Shown piece after piece: positions 12,496-27,073 of a DNA stretch of 64,000 nucleotides (its first letter is position 1; each line of letters begins with the position of its first letter). Origin of the DNA: Lingula anatina (taxonomy: Eukaryota; Animalia; Brachiopoda); NCBI GenBank assembly GCA_051362555.1, contig CM120641.1, positions 41,732,401 through 41,796,400 of the forward strand, given 5' to 3'. Both the position numbers and the translations under genes were made by a program. The notes beneath the pieces were generated by a model that saw only the letters and a program-made list of their open reading frames with translations, searched no databases and was not told the origin of the DNA.

Positions 12496-14422
12496 AGTGA
12501 GTCCGCCCGATTTTTTATCCACGGCATAAGGTGTCATTTGTTTAAAACAATTTAAAGGACGATAAATATTCTTCATAACGAGATAATGGACTTCATAATG
12601 AAATTCGAATGGTCAGTATTAATTGATTTTTGGACATTATTTTTAGGGAATACCTGGTGACGGGGTGTTCAGCAGCAATGAAGAACTGATCGTGACCTGC
12701 ACCTCTGTCATTTTTATCTCCAGTGTGGTGCATGCGTCCGTGAACTTTGGACAGTTCGCGTCGTACGGTTTCCCGCCAAACTACCCGGCCTACTTGAATG
12801 GCATGCCGCCGACGGACAAGGTAAGCCTGGGTGAATTTATATTTCGGCGAAAATACATAATTTTAGTTTTTGGAATGTGTATGCTCTGAGTGTGAGCATG
12901 TCATGATCAGGAATTAAAATTACAACAGATTTCAAACCTTCCTCGACGAGATGGAAATCCAAAAACGAGTATATTAAGTCCTATGCAAAAATATTGACTA
13001 CTGTACTGATATTCTTCGATTTTCAAATACAGATCACCAGAAATGCTGTGCGACTTTTTTGTACGATATCAGAGAGAAAAGTTTACATTTAGCTTCTGTC
13101 GGTCAGGATAAATCTATCAAACAAATCTTTAATTCAATTTTTCAACAATTCAAACGGGTAAAGCTGGGTTAATATACTCGTATTTTTTCCTGACGCATAA
13201 AAGTTCGTAAAAGTTGTTTTGAAATGAGACATAGAATCCAAAGAATGTGTTATTTCTCCTTATATACTTGGCAATCAATATTTTTTTGTAATTTTAATTA
13301 AGTAGGCCTAAAGTGATTTTAAAAAGCCAACAAACACATACCAATTCACAGACTCGCTAGTTTAAAATTCTGCAGTAACTTGTGTTTATGCGAATCAAAT
13401 ACAAAAGCATAGCTGTAAATTACAATCTAAAAATTCTTTTTTCAAAGACCGTTCAGTGTTCTTTATTATTACTCTATCGCAACCTTATTCTGAGTTGAGG
13501 TAATAATCGATGTTTTTCTTAACAGAATCCGGTGTCTGAGTCAGATATCATGAAAGCCCTGCCAGACAAGTCCCAAACCTTGGAAATTATGGTGATCACA
13601 AAACTTCTTTCTGAAAAGGGCACAAACAGTTTGGGGGATTTTGAAGTCCAATATTTGTTCGATCCTGTCTCCGTCGAAGCCGCTGATACGTAAGTGACAA
13701 TGTTTTCGGTGACGAACATAGAAAAATGAATTGTATTATAATCCTATAGATTTAAAGATGCATACAAAGTCAATTTTTTGTCACAAAAAACAACCAAATG
13801 CCAGCATATAGTTTCAAGTAGTATAACTAAGAGAATTACCAAAAGGCATTGTTTAATTTTACCCGAAAATGATGTTTGAACGGATTCTTCTGCTGGCATT
13901 CTAAGCTGTATGTCAATGGGGCAGGAAAGTAGGTCACGAAAGTAGGTTAAATTTACAACCAAAAATTTAAAGAAAGGAGCAGTCTAAAGGTCTTTTATGG
14001 CTGATCTATTCAGTTTATCCCTTGGCATGTCGAATTTATTTGAGTCATATAAGAATCTAGTAGAAGTGGTTTGCATGTGTTACTGGGAATCCACGCTCCA
14101 CCGATGCTCGGTTCGTATGTACCTTTAAACACTTTTGGTGCACATTTTTATGTGCCCATTCGTACAATATAATCACATCCATAACCACGATCGTATGTCA
14201 TTAACCCTTTTCAAGTATACTGTTTGATGTAAAAATGGCCCAAGAGATAACAATCCATCCTGTTTCATACGTGTCCACTGTGTACCCCTCTCTATTTGTA
14301 ATTTCAGATTTAGGCTAGAACTGGCGGAGCTGGGCAAACAAATCGCAGAAAAAAACAAGAGCCGCTTCCCGTCTTATCTCTACCTGGACCCTACGTTTAT
14401 TCCAAACTCTATCAGCATATGA
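6331..14422 (+). CDS. ALOX: Lipoxygenase (PLAT/LH2 domain + non-heme iron catalytic domain), 15 coding exons, ~675 aa
   Basis: Exons 6331-6825, 7587-7631, 8533-8670, 8861-8961, 9366-9498, 9706-9801, 10086-10182, 10622-10739, 11053-11145, 11567-11627, 11853-11958, 12247-12338, 12647-12820, 13526-13689, 14308-14422. All introns are GT-AG and in phase (2028 nt). Motifs: PLAT TGD..AGTDA and FPIHRW; [17 protein letters not shown]; WLFAK; iron-binding [15 protein letters not shown] and HASVNFGQ; C-terminal IPNSISI*. Confidence 0.96.
6858..6908. repeat. (AAT)n microsatellite in LOX intron 1
   Basis: Direct reading. Confidence 0.9.
10550..10613. repeat. (TAT)n microsatellite abutting the LOX exon 8 acceptor
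   Basis: Direct reading; it produces the poly-I and poly-Y ORF artefacts. Confidence 0.9.
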
Positions 14423-15296
14423 CCCTGTGATGTAAAATGGATACTTCACTGAATTATGGCCGCATTGTTACATAATAGACATACTCAGATGGCATGTCTT
14501 TAAGTTTTCCATCCATTAATGGTTTCTTGCTTAAAGAATGCATATTGTATTGATACTAGGTCTTTTCGAACATTATTTCTGTGGTGATTACTATACTGCC
14601 GTATATAATTTTTCATAATGACTATTTAACTTAATACACAATTACCGGTGGATCCAGAATTTTGCACAAGGATAAAAAATTGCCACGCTTAACAAGCAAA
14701 TGTAAAACAGTAGATGGCATTTTTTCCATTCCACCCTCCGGGAGATGCTTCCGTCTTGCTCTACACCCTTTAGGACCATCATCCGACTGAAAAAAATCTA
14801 TTGCAAAAATTCAAATCGAGAAAAATAGAAAATGCATGTCTTTAACCTAAAGATTTTTTTATTCTTTTTTTAATTTCAATCTATTCGTGACATTCACCAC
14901 ATATATCAAATTGCATTTTGTGTAAGATACTTATCATTTTATTTTATCACTCAGACTTGAATGACTTTTCACCAAAAACCAATATACCGGGAAGAGTGGC
15001 AATTGAGGTCACAGGCTCATAAAAATATTTAGTGCACAGATAACAAACTATGTTTGATTATTTTAGGGTCCTACATGAACAAGTTTGTGTCAACGTTTCA
15101 CTCTCCTGGAACCATGAAAAAAAATTTTCATCGTCTAACCCCAAAATGGAACATACATTCCTGTCACAAATGTAAAACTTCTAGCTGTGCTAACGTTTTA
15201 CTCACTTTGAAAATCCAATCATCACTGGTTTTGTTCGTTAATTTATGTCCTACAAGTATAACGTTTAAAATTATGATAATCTTCTGTATAGAGCGC

Positions 15297-15331
<35 letters not shown>

Positions 15332-16077
15332 TTTTTGAGCGACTTTAGTTTACTTATTTGAATATTATCAAAGGGGGAAAATACACCTTACTGACAGTAA
15401 AATAAGCATCAGTTAAACTACATATTTTTCACTCGTGGTCCAAATATTTTATCAGAAATGCCAAACTATCATGGAGTCACAATATATTTTTCAGTCAGCA
15501 ACAGAAAATCCTGTTTTATTGCAACAAGTGCTTGGGCAAGATGAAACTTTCTGACAATTTTTCTGAGTAGCAAAAGTTACGCAGTATCACCTTTGAGTTA
15601 CAGTTGAAATATTTACAAAAATATCCTTACCTCATCCTTGCCATGTCTGAATCACTACAAAATATATCAAAACGCAATATAAAAATTAAAATTATATGGC
15701 CCGGAACATACGTTACTGGAACATAAGTTACAATTTAGGCTCCTTACATAACGTATAGACATTGTAAATGTAGATGTAAAATTGAGACGGCCGCAGATTT
15801 TTTTTCTACATGTAAACACATATATGATTTAAAAAATTGAATTCAACTTTGAATTCATTCAATTTTATTTTTGGTACTTCAGAATGTGAAATGCACCTCT
15901 ATATTGGGTTTGGGTGTTTTACCAGTGTCTTCTGATAGTCTCTATAGGCCTTACGCTTGAAATATTGGGTGGGTGGGACAGAAAATCTACATTCTCTGCG
16001 TTCATGATGCAAGTACACTAAAGAGCCTTCAAATGACCTACATATACGCTTAAAACTTGTTGTACTTAATCACCTTT

Positions 16078-16236
16078 CAGGGCCGTAGCTTGAGCAAAAT
16101 GCCAGGGGGGGCAGTAAGCGGACACGAGGGGGCGAAGCCCCCGAGGGGGGAGGGGGTGTTCCCCTACCAGTGTGGAAAATTCTAAATCCCAGGGGGGGCA
16201 GCTGCCCCCCCTGCCCCCCCGGAGGCTACGGCCCTG
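16078..16236. mobile_element. MITE (non-autonomous DNA transposon) with 12-bp TIR and 5-bp TSD
   Basis: TIR CAGGGCCGTAGC...GCTACGGCCCTG; CCTTT on both flanks (16073-16077, 16237-16241); G/C-run-rich interior. Confidence 0.88.
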
Positions 16237-19200
16237 CCTTTTATTTTTGGCAACTACTGACTAATCACGTAACGATATCACACAAGTACTCTACACATAC
16301 TGAACAGTTCACATAATATAATGCAACGCCTGTCTTCGTACCCACAATTGGCGGGGAGGTGAGCTTCTCTCACATCTTGTGGCCATTGTTTTGCTCTTTG
16401 CCAACTTTTTGCTCCATTGTATGGGGGCTGTATGGGTGATCAATTTTAATTGAAATTTGATGTTGTCACAATCCCCCCATCTTGTGACTTCGTATCATAT
16501 TATATTTCGTCATTTTAATAAACGACAAATTTCAGTCATGGGAACTCCTTTCATTTTGAGCAAAAACCCGGAGCTTCGTTGTGTTTGTGCTACATAAATA
16601 AATATATTTACGTTAGTTTGGTTAGAGAGGCCTGACGTCGCAGTATATCCTATACACATGCACGAATGCGGTTCTAGGGCACTAACACGACTAACCGCGA
16701 ACATGACAATGTTACGCTGACGGTAGTACTATACATGTATATATATTCTCAGTCGGAGGACGTCCTGGCTCCTGGTCAAGAATAGTCTTTAAACTGGTCA
16801 AAGAAAAGGTAGGCTGGGCCTTGTTTTTAGATCATAATTATGTGGTGAATTGTATTAACTTAGATCTAAGTATTATAAGTAATGGTGTATATATTCCGTT
16901 TCTTATCAAAAACCCATAAACATACAATCCAGTATATAGGAATGAAGGATCTTTGTAATCCCAAGCAGACTTGGTGTAGAAATGAAAATGAAAATAAAAT
17001 ATGGTAAAGTCCGGAACTTCCTGTGTGATAAGAGTCTGTTGAACAGTGGGAGCGAAACAGCGGTTTACATGCTTTTACATTTGTGTACAACTTGACACGT
17101 GCGTGGACTCTACGAAAAAGAGAAAAAGATATAAGACGTTTTTGGGTGGTAAAGGTATAGGACGGGCAATATCTCCAAATCCCCGGACAACTTAAGGTAA
17201 TTCATACGCTTCGATAAATATAAAATTTTATTTGTCTAAGTGTGTTTCTGTATTTTACCCCCCCCCCCCAACTTAATTTTTTACCTGAGCTATTTTGGCC
17301 GTCTATTCACTGTACAATATTGGCCTACATTCGAAGGTGAAGCGCAGCAATATTTATGACACCTCAACGTGCGGCTCAGGTGAAATAACAATGACCTTGT
17401 TACTGTCATTGTGGATCAACACAATGGTTACAAGGTTTGTTTAGGGGATCCTTTCGGCGATTTCTTTTAAAATCAAGGCGGTCTCCCGTGACTCTACGTG
17501 TACAAATACAAGCTCTGGAATAGTATCAACCACAGGTGTGATATTGCAGTGTCATCGGACACAATTGTATGCGGACCGAGAGACATTAAGGTGAGCTCGG
17601 GACACCTACGATAATTTACATATCACTGACAAGTGATGTATCGTGTACTTTTATACAAAGCAGGGATGCACAGTCTGGCTCACATACATCTGCCGAGGTA
17701 AGTTATACATACAGTAGGATCCAACATAATGTTGATAAAGTTGTAAAAGGCACCAGCAGGTTTTTGGCTTGTCGCTGTTGCCCTGTCGTTTCAATGAAAT
17801 CGATGTTTATTATCTTTCAAATATGGAACGTTTGCTACATTGTGCTATTTCTCATTTACGCCACCCATATCTTAACAATGTTTGGTTACCTGTGATGAAA
17901 TAAGTATACCAATGGGGGTAGACATTATGGTGGTTAACAATATTCATGATGAAATATTAAAAAACACTTTATAAGTTTTAGCATAAACTTGGGTTCAGTA
18001 CAACATGAATTACACCAAGAAGTCAACGGAGAAAGGGAAAAAAGATAACATGTTAAATTATACATGCACATTGAGGTGCACGAAAAGAAACTAAGCCGGA
18101 GTACATTGAATATGCAATGGGAAATATTCATCGACCCAGTCTAGAATAGCCACCAATATTACAAAATATATCAACAAGTCATATATAACAAAGACTGAAA
18201 TGAATATAAGATTTTAGCTCTAAAGCTTTAATTGCATACGGTTTTTGTTTTAAGCGTTTATTTAATTGATACAATCTTGTAATGAATACGAAGGAATAAG
18301 CATTAATGATCTTCAAGAATGGTTTAGAATTAAACGACCATCACGCTTTCAAGTCCCAAACTGACCAATTCTCTGTTAGGATGTTTTAAGATATCATTTT
18401 CCTTATTCGGCTTAAACCGCGGGAACAATCACGTGAATTCCTTGCATTTTCACTTGCCTAAAATTGCAGTTTAAGAGTTACAATTTCACTTCTAAGAAAG
18501 GATATCACTCGCTTGAACTCCTCAAAAAAGATAAAGAGACTTCATAAAAAGAACATCGGGGTTTTTTTTTAATCGCTAAAATTATTCTGTTTAAATACAT
18601 AATATATTCTGTACCTATCTAAAACGAAGACGAACCACCACCACCCCCCCACCCCCCCAAAAAAAAGAATAAATAAGAAGGGATATGGAGACTTCATTCA
18701 ACTCCCTTCTCCCAAGGGGGTAAAACCTGGTATGCAACTCACAGATATACTCCATGTTGATCCAAATTCCGACATATTTCAACAATATATAATCTTATTA
18801 CTTCTATAATAAGGAGAAATAAGATATTTACCCAACCCCACCTTTTTCCTTGAATATCCTGGACCACTAGCGTCGATACTTACAACAATCTCATACAGAT
18901 GGTGCTACTTACCCAGTAAATAGCAAGCACGTGTAATTTGATCATTCTATCCACTGCACGCATATTATCACGCAGTTTTAGAAGTATTCACCACGTTTTC
19001 TCGCTCACACAGACCAAACAGTTTTCGTCTTCCTTTTTGTTGTGATATACTAGAGTAGTCTGGAGCGGATGCCTTTGAAAGAGCTAGGTACATGTAAGTA
19101 TGAAGCCAAAATTTTATAACTAAGGGACAAGCTGTTATCAGCAGAGTCACTCGCGTTATCGTTTGATATTCTAAAGGGTATTGTTTACCCTCGACGAGGT

Positions 19201-19451
19201 ACGAGTACCTACGTCAGGTCAGTGGTATGAAAATAGGGACGCTCTGATGAATGTGTGGTTGCCGATTTGTAAAGTTGATGACTGGGATAAGGTGAAAATA
19301 GTCTGTCGCGTATAAACCCTAGTTATCTTCGTGACTTGTTTCCTTTTTTTTCCTAGATAAATACAGCTCACTACCAATACAGTAAGACATATAGGCCTAT
19401 ATACAGTACGGATACTATACCAGTACCTCAGTAGTAGAATAGCACGCCGCT

Positions 19452-20773
19452 ATGGGGGGTATGTGGTCCAGTGGCTATGCACTGCCAACCCAGCCACCTC
19501 CCCCTGCCGACCTAGACGCCGAAGTGAACAAAATTGACTACCTAGATCTCGCCAAGTACGACTGGCCCTTTGAAAACTTGGTTTTGGAAGGTGGCGGCAC
19601 GAAGGGGACTGCATACCCAGGGGCTTTACAGGTAGGCGTCCGATGTTAATTTTTGTTTATTTATTAAAATTGATAAAGAATATGGCGCCCACTGCACTTA
19701 AAAAACAAATCGTAAACTAAAGTGACCTCCATTCACTTTGTTGTCCTTACCATCAAAAGCGGTATCAACCGTGAAACTTTCAATGAATCATGGGTATTTA
19801 TTATCCGTAATTTGTGTGCGCTGTGACAGATGATACCTAAGATGTTTTTGTTATAAATAGATGATTGATAGCATGTTGAAATAGAGAAAAGAACATGGGC
19901 GTCTAAGGTGAAATAATTTTGCAAATATGCCTTTTGGGACGACATCGGTCGGTGTTCTAACCTGAACATTAACTATTTTCTTCTAAGTCGGTGGAAAACG
20001 TCTTTTGTGAGTTTTGGTTGACCGCAAAGCACATTATTGTTTGTATTGTTAGCAAGAAATGTGCTTTTAAGGTGTCCAAACAACTTTACTGAAAACTTGT
20101 TATTAACGCTGTGAATAACAACATTATTATCGTCCATAGGTTGGTTTAGAAACTTTGCCAACGCTTTAGGTTTGTGGAAAGGAAATCATATTGAAAGACA
20201 AAAAAAGACATAACTGAACACAATATTATGGCGAAAGTGTTGGGCTATGTGGTTTGATTTCAATCCAACGTTGTGGAAAAAACGCATGTTTACCTGTTCC
20301 ATATCCAATCTGTGAATACAACTGCATTTTTAACGCGTCGTGTCGCTGAGGTTTTTTCAACATGCACATATTTTGTGATCGGTGAGCTATTAATAAATTT
20401 TCTCGTTTTAAGCCTCAAGCTTAGATCCACAGGTATTGTTGCGTGTATACTGGTGTGTTAGAAAAGCTTACCGAAATACGGAATACGTGTGAATTTGTCT
20501 TTTTGCCGATATCCCCTGCACCTTACTGCTCCCATACACCGCCTATCTGAGATACGTTCACTCTCTAAATCAAGGCAGAGCAGAAATTTACTAAATATTT
20601 TTTATATATATTATATATATGGCATATAACTGTATATACCACGGAGCATAGACAACAATGTCTGAACTGGATGGAAAAAGTTTTAGCCGCTTTGGCGCTG
20701 TCTGTGGATAGTTTATTTCTACAATCACAATAACTCCACCAATGACATTAATGACTTACCTCCCTAATAAATC

Positions 20774-20842
<69 letters not shown>

Positions 20843-23627
20843 TACCGAGTTCACCTGAGTTCACACTTGCTAAACGTGTACTTAGTTCACCTGCTTCGGC
20901 ATCTGTTTATCTCGTCTCGTTTATTTTTTTGCGAGCCCATAAATGAAAAAGCCATTCCGGTATTTAATTTACCATTTAATGTATGTTTATAACGGCCAGT
21001 GACTAATTTTGTGTGTAGATATGTGTTCAACCGGCATACGGACCAGAAGACGTATGCATTAACAGGTTAAGGACTCATTCCCACTGACACTATCGGTCTA
21101 CGTAAACTGATCCAACTCCGCGGGGACTCTCGCTAAATGCAATCAGTTTAACAGATTAACACACCTCCTCTTGTTTTCAACGTAGTTGTTTTATCATCAT
21201 CTTTTCTACATTCTATTCAACGCCCGGGGGAGGCGTGTCATTCAGTTAATCCGATTGTATTCAGCAATGGTCCCCACGGAGTTGGATCGATCCACGTAGA
21301 CCGACAATGACAATGGGAAAGAGACCTAATTTATCAATTTGTCAATGAGCCAACTAGTTCTTGCTCATACATTGCACTTAATGCCTCCTTTATAACATTA
21401 TTTTGCTTTTTGAACATCAGTGGTGTGTTTTTAGTACTCAAAGTTGACTGCTTGACAGGCTTTTTTACACAAATTTCAGCCTACTGGTTTGAAGAGGGAT
21501 CTGTGAAGAGTTGGTACACAGCCTAAAATATTCCTCAAGCAATCCTTAAAATGTTCTACTTTCTTCAAAGGGTTAATCAGGGTTAAATCAGCGAAAACTT
21601 TTTTCACTCCAGATCTGACACACACTACCCCAAGGTCGGTTTTCTCCCTACGCCGCAGTTTTTGAAAGGGTTTATCAAGGTTGAATCAATGACAACATTT
21701 CACTCCACGCCTTACCTTTACCAGGGCCTCAGATTAATTATGTTACGCTTTTCGCCAGCGCGACAAAGAATCTTGTCATGAATTAGTCAGACACATCTTA
21801 TCTAGTGAAAATTCCATCTGTGTCTCTGGTAAAGGTGTACGTACGTTGTCCCCGCGTTTGAGGCTTGGGTCCATTGTACTAGTACGTGTGCAAGTTTGGG
21901 GAAAGTAATCGAGTAATGCGAAAATCCATATTGTCATTAGAAGAGAATGTCGGCACTAATTTTTCATTGATTGACATCATATACTTATCACATAAAAAAA
22001 CTGTTCATTCTTGACAACTGACGGTGTGTCTTATTGATTGCAGATGAGCAATACATTAATTGCAATGCCGTTTCAACATCTGTTCTGGGTAATCTCACGC
22101 AATATTTTATATGGTGCGCTGGATAATGAGTACACAAAAACAGCATTAAAACAGTTTTTAAACATAGCACGAAGTGCCCGTTTTGCCGCCCTAAAATGCT
22201 TTTAAATGCTAGTGTACCGCTGCTATTTGTTTAAAGTTATAAAAACTACGACATGTAAACTGATCGACTGAAACACGGTAATTTATCTTCTCTGTTCATT
22301 TGGCACTTTGCACTTGAATTTGTTATGAGTCTTTCCTTAACCTTGCATACAACGGGGCTGTTTTTTTTAGTATTTATTTGTGGAGTCTACTGTACTATTT
22401 CATGTAAACTTCTTTTCAGTCTTTGTAACACTGATATAAGGTGAGTAAATACTGTAGCAGACCTCACATGGTTGTGATCAACGGAGTCGTCACGGCTGAG
22501 CAATGAGTTAATGGTTTACGCCGTGATACGGGGAATGCAAATATTATTTACCAGGTTGCACAGGAGGCAAATTTGAGAAGGGAGGGGGGTCTACACACAC
22601 ACACACACACACACACACATTTTAGTGAGTTTGATGTAGTATTTCAAAGACATCTTCAACTATTCATTCGCCTCAAAGAATTTTATAGGGCCCCTAAGCT
22701 ATATGCACAGCTTCCTACGCCTATGACTGACTGTTAGACCCCATTCCCACAGATTTTAGATCGATCTATCCTTGTGGGGAGTCTCACTAGATTACTGTCA
22801 GCTTAGCCGGCTTAAATGTCTGTCCCGCCTACTAAAAGCTGTAAGGGGGTAATTAACTACCGTGCGCGTTCGGCTGACAGCAATTTAGCGTGAACCCCCA
22901 GGGAGTTAGGTCGATCTAGGTGGATCGATCTAAATCTATGAGAATGCAGTCAGTCTGTCTAGAAACGCAATATTTTTTTAAAGGTGAATATAATGAATGG
23001 GTTCTAAATTTGGACACCCTTCAAAACGGTTCTTATTTTCCTGTTGGACAACGCCTAAGACAAAGTATTCAAACGGTGTTAATCCTTTAGTTAACGACAT
23101 AACATGATAATGCTAAACCACGTAGAATTTTAAAAAGTTATTAGAAAACTAGTCACGAAGAATTACGTGAATAACAGGCCACAAACACACTGAAAATAAA
23201 TAACGTACATTTATCATTAAAGAATTTATGTACAATCACGTCTCCGATTACGTCTCCAATAAGACGTGTTTGAAAAGTGGGGCTTAAGCTTTTTGAAATG
23301 TATTGTAACTCAATCGCAAACTTTTCAAAACATAATAAAGCTCCATTCCTTGTCGACCAAAAAAGAAAATACACACACTGCTAACGGACTATAAACTCAT
23401 ATTAAAGAAATTACGTAATGAATCTTTAAAGAAACTATCTAAAATTATTGAATAACATGTTTCCAATTAAATGCCTCTAACATGACGTGTTTGAAAATAG
23501 AGTGAACATTTTCACGCACTCAAAAAAACAAGTAAACCCTCTTATGTGAAGAGAGTTTTTTATTGGAAGCGGAGAAGGGAATAGACAAAAAGAAACTGCT
23601 CACTATTTTTCATATTCTGAATCCTAA

Positions 23628-23672
<45 letters not shown>

Positions 23673-24400
23673 CTTGTGAATATGAAGGAAATGAATTGAT
23701 TTATTTCGGAAAGTGCTTGCAACTTTGAAAATGCAAAATTATTATTAATATTTTACCTTAATACTTTGTTCATTTGTCACTCTTCATTCCAATTACCTAA
23801 ATTTTGTTTCGCTTTGAAGACGTTTTTTTTTGTGTGTGTTTTCTAAATCTTAGTAAGTAGAATATAAATCTTTCAAATTAAATATTCCCCAGGTTTTAGA
23901 AGATGTCGGTATACTACAGAGTATCAAGAGATTTGGTGGGGCTAGCGCAGGGGCGTGCGTCGCAGGTCTACTCAGTCTTGGATATAAACCGGGAGACATC
24001 GCCGCCCTGCTGAATCTGGACCAGAAGTCTATAACTGACGGTGAGTCGTTGCCATACGTTTTCTAATAAATTATGGAATACAAAATAAACTGTGTTCAGA
24101 TTTCTAAGATATGGGAGCCTACAATATCATCTCTTGTGTATTTGCTATTAAATGTGTTTAATTACATTTTTTCATTTAAATTGCACTGCATGTAAATGTA
24201 TATTTTCTGATATACTAATATATACTAGTATAGCCTTTCATTATTTTGCACAACAGCACGTATTCACCATGTTTTGTGTATTACTTTCGTATTTCTTTCT
24301 AAGTCGACATTCCTGGCGCATATAGAGTTTCACCCTGGCTGCTAAGTTATAAGCCCTACATCATGCGGATTCTCGAACATTTCTACTCGAAAGATTTCCA

Positions 24401-24469
<69 letters not shown>

Positions 24470-27034
24470 GAAGTTGGCAGGGTTTGGTTAATGCCCTTCG
24501 CCATGTACCCAAATAACGACTTAAATCATTTTTTTCAGATGCCTGGGGAGGTTATCTCTCATTGTTGCCGAATTTTTTGCGTATGTTTGGCTGGAACCCT
24601 GGAGAGAAATACCTGAGCGTACTGAAAATGTATGTAGAACATAAAACAGGAAACCCAGACTACACGTTCAAACAGGTAGGAAGATGCCCCAATATGCAAA
24701 AGGGAAATTGATATTTACGTTGTGTATACAGTTGTTTATCAGAAATTTGCCTTGACACAGAAATAGTCTGAATGTTTTTTTTTCTTAGTTCCTGGTGTCA
24801 TACTGATTATAACAGATGTTTGGAATCTTTCATTTTAGTTATATGACGATAAGAAAGTTGAATTGTGTATTATCTGCGCCAATGTCAGTAAAAAGGGCAT
24901 GGAATATTTCCACCCTAAGACAACACCGGATGTTCCCATTGCGCTTGCGATGCGCATGTCAGCAAGTATTCCAGGTGATTTTTTTTTTTTTTTTTTTTTT
25001 TTTGTAGAATATCATATGAATTTCAGTCCTTGGTCATTTATGACAAACTTAATTGCAATATCACCGGATAGGTGAGTCAGTCGAAATATTTCTCAATATC
25101 AGCATACTTTTAAAGATGAGTTAAAAACATCAATTTGGGGGAATTTCTTTCATTTTTGATTATCTCAATTGCAATTGGTTTTATGTGACAATTTCGCTGT
25201 TTTTATCTAGCATCTAAATCTTTCTTAAAATATTTTCTCGTACAGCCTTTTTTACGCTGCATTAAAACCTTATCCTTAAGCATTTGGTTAATGGATGGCA
25301 ACAGCATATTTGGTATTTAATATGTTTGAATTCAGGCTACTTCCAACCAAAAGTCATAGAGATAAAGGGACGTAAACATTACTACGTTGACGGAGGAATG
25401 CTCTGTAACTATCCCATCCATGCCTTCGACGGTGAGTCTGAAACCTCTTTTTACATTGATTCGGTTTTTGGCCCCTCTTCATTTCGCTTTTCACTTCTTG
25501 AATCTGCACAGAATGGTTAGGAAATCTATGTCAAGACCTTAATTTTTCTGACGAAGTGAACTTTTTTTCTAAAAGAAAAGACAACAAGAGAGCAAATTTT
25601 CATCATGTACATTTAAACCTAGGTTGGTTTCTGTCTCTAAGACCAAAAGATACATTCTTCAAAAAATTGGGAACAGAGGAGGATCCCTTTGACAGGCCGA
25701 CTGGAGAGCCATCTGGTGACCCGAACGTGAGGCACAGACATGAGACAATAGGAATGGTGCTGGTAAGAGATAGACAGTGCATGGTTAGAGCAATTAGATA
25801 AAGAATATATACAAGTATATATTTGTATTTATCATGCGAAATCGTATTCTTCTACATGAAAAATTATTTTACTATTATTATTTATCTATAGACTGCTCTT
25901 ATCGCTATGATTGAATGCGCTCACGACAAGATGTGATTTTAGATAATCCTTTTGTTTTTGATAATGAAAAAAATAAAACCGACAGGTTTCTCACAAGAAT
26001 TATTTTCTCTGTAGTATTCCACAGATGAACTTGATTTGATGAAAGTGGGAACAAACACACGAGATCTCGCGGAGAAAGCCACAAGGCAGAGACCGGACAC
26101 TCCCCTGGCAAAGTACGTAATTTCAGGGAGTTAGGACTCCTTGGTAATGTACAGAATTGCTGTTGTTTGGTTGGCTCGTGATCTTATAAGATAACTTTCC
26201 TGTTTATATAGGAAAAGAAGCTTATATGCATCAGCAGCCAGACAGAAATGTATATCCAAAAGAAGCATTTCTGTGGAACGTGCATGTAGTCACAAGTTTT
26301 CTGTTTGTGCTAGTTTGCGTCACTTAATTGGTGCAAAAGTTGAAAAAATGACATTTCGTTGATATGGCATTAAAAATTGAGTAATGTTACCATAACGACC
26401 GGAAACGGTCTTAGAAACGTTGGAAACGACAAAAGCTCTCAAGGAAAAAACAAAAGACTTGCTCATCAAATGTAAACTCAAAAACTAATTTAAAAAAGGT
26501 GTTCAAATAATTAAAATATTTACAAATATAAATTTATATCTCCTGTTTACCACAAGGCTTCGAGGACAAATGATGGACGAAGTAAAATCCGAAGTGGACA
26601 GGAAATCTCAAGTCATCCATGCCGCTCAGTCTTTGTTTCGGTCATTTGCTAAAAACGACTTAAACCGAGATGGGAGAATCAGTCTAACTGAATACCAACG
26701 GGCTATGAAAGAGGTAAAACAGGCATACATAAAATCATTCTAACAGCACTCACGCCAAAGATTGTCAGTCTTTTCCCTTGGATTTTTAGGCACTGTTCTA
26801 TTCGTTATGAAAGGGAGGAAAAACTGTAGCGTAATTCCATGTTAGGATCAATCTGTGTGTACTAGTACAGACTGAATGACCGCATTCAGATTCAGACATC
26901 GCACAGCTGGATCGATCTAACTCTGTGGGAGATTCTCGTTAAAGTGCAATCTATGTAATCAGCTTAATTGTCTCCTCGAGCAGCTAGAGGGTAATTATAT
27001 TTTGTGTACGCGGCTTAATTACCCCTTGGCTGCT

Positions 27035-27073
<39 letters not shown>

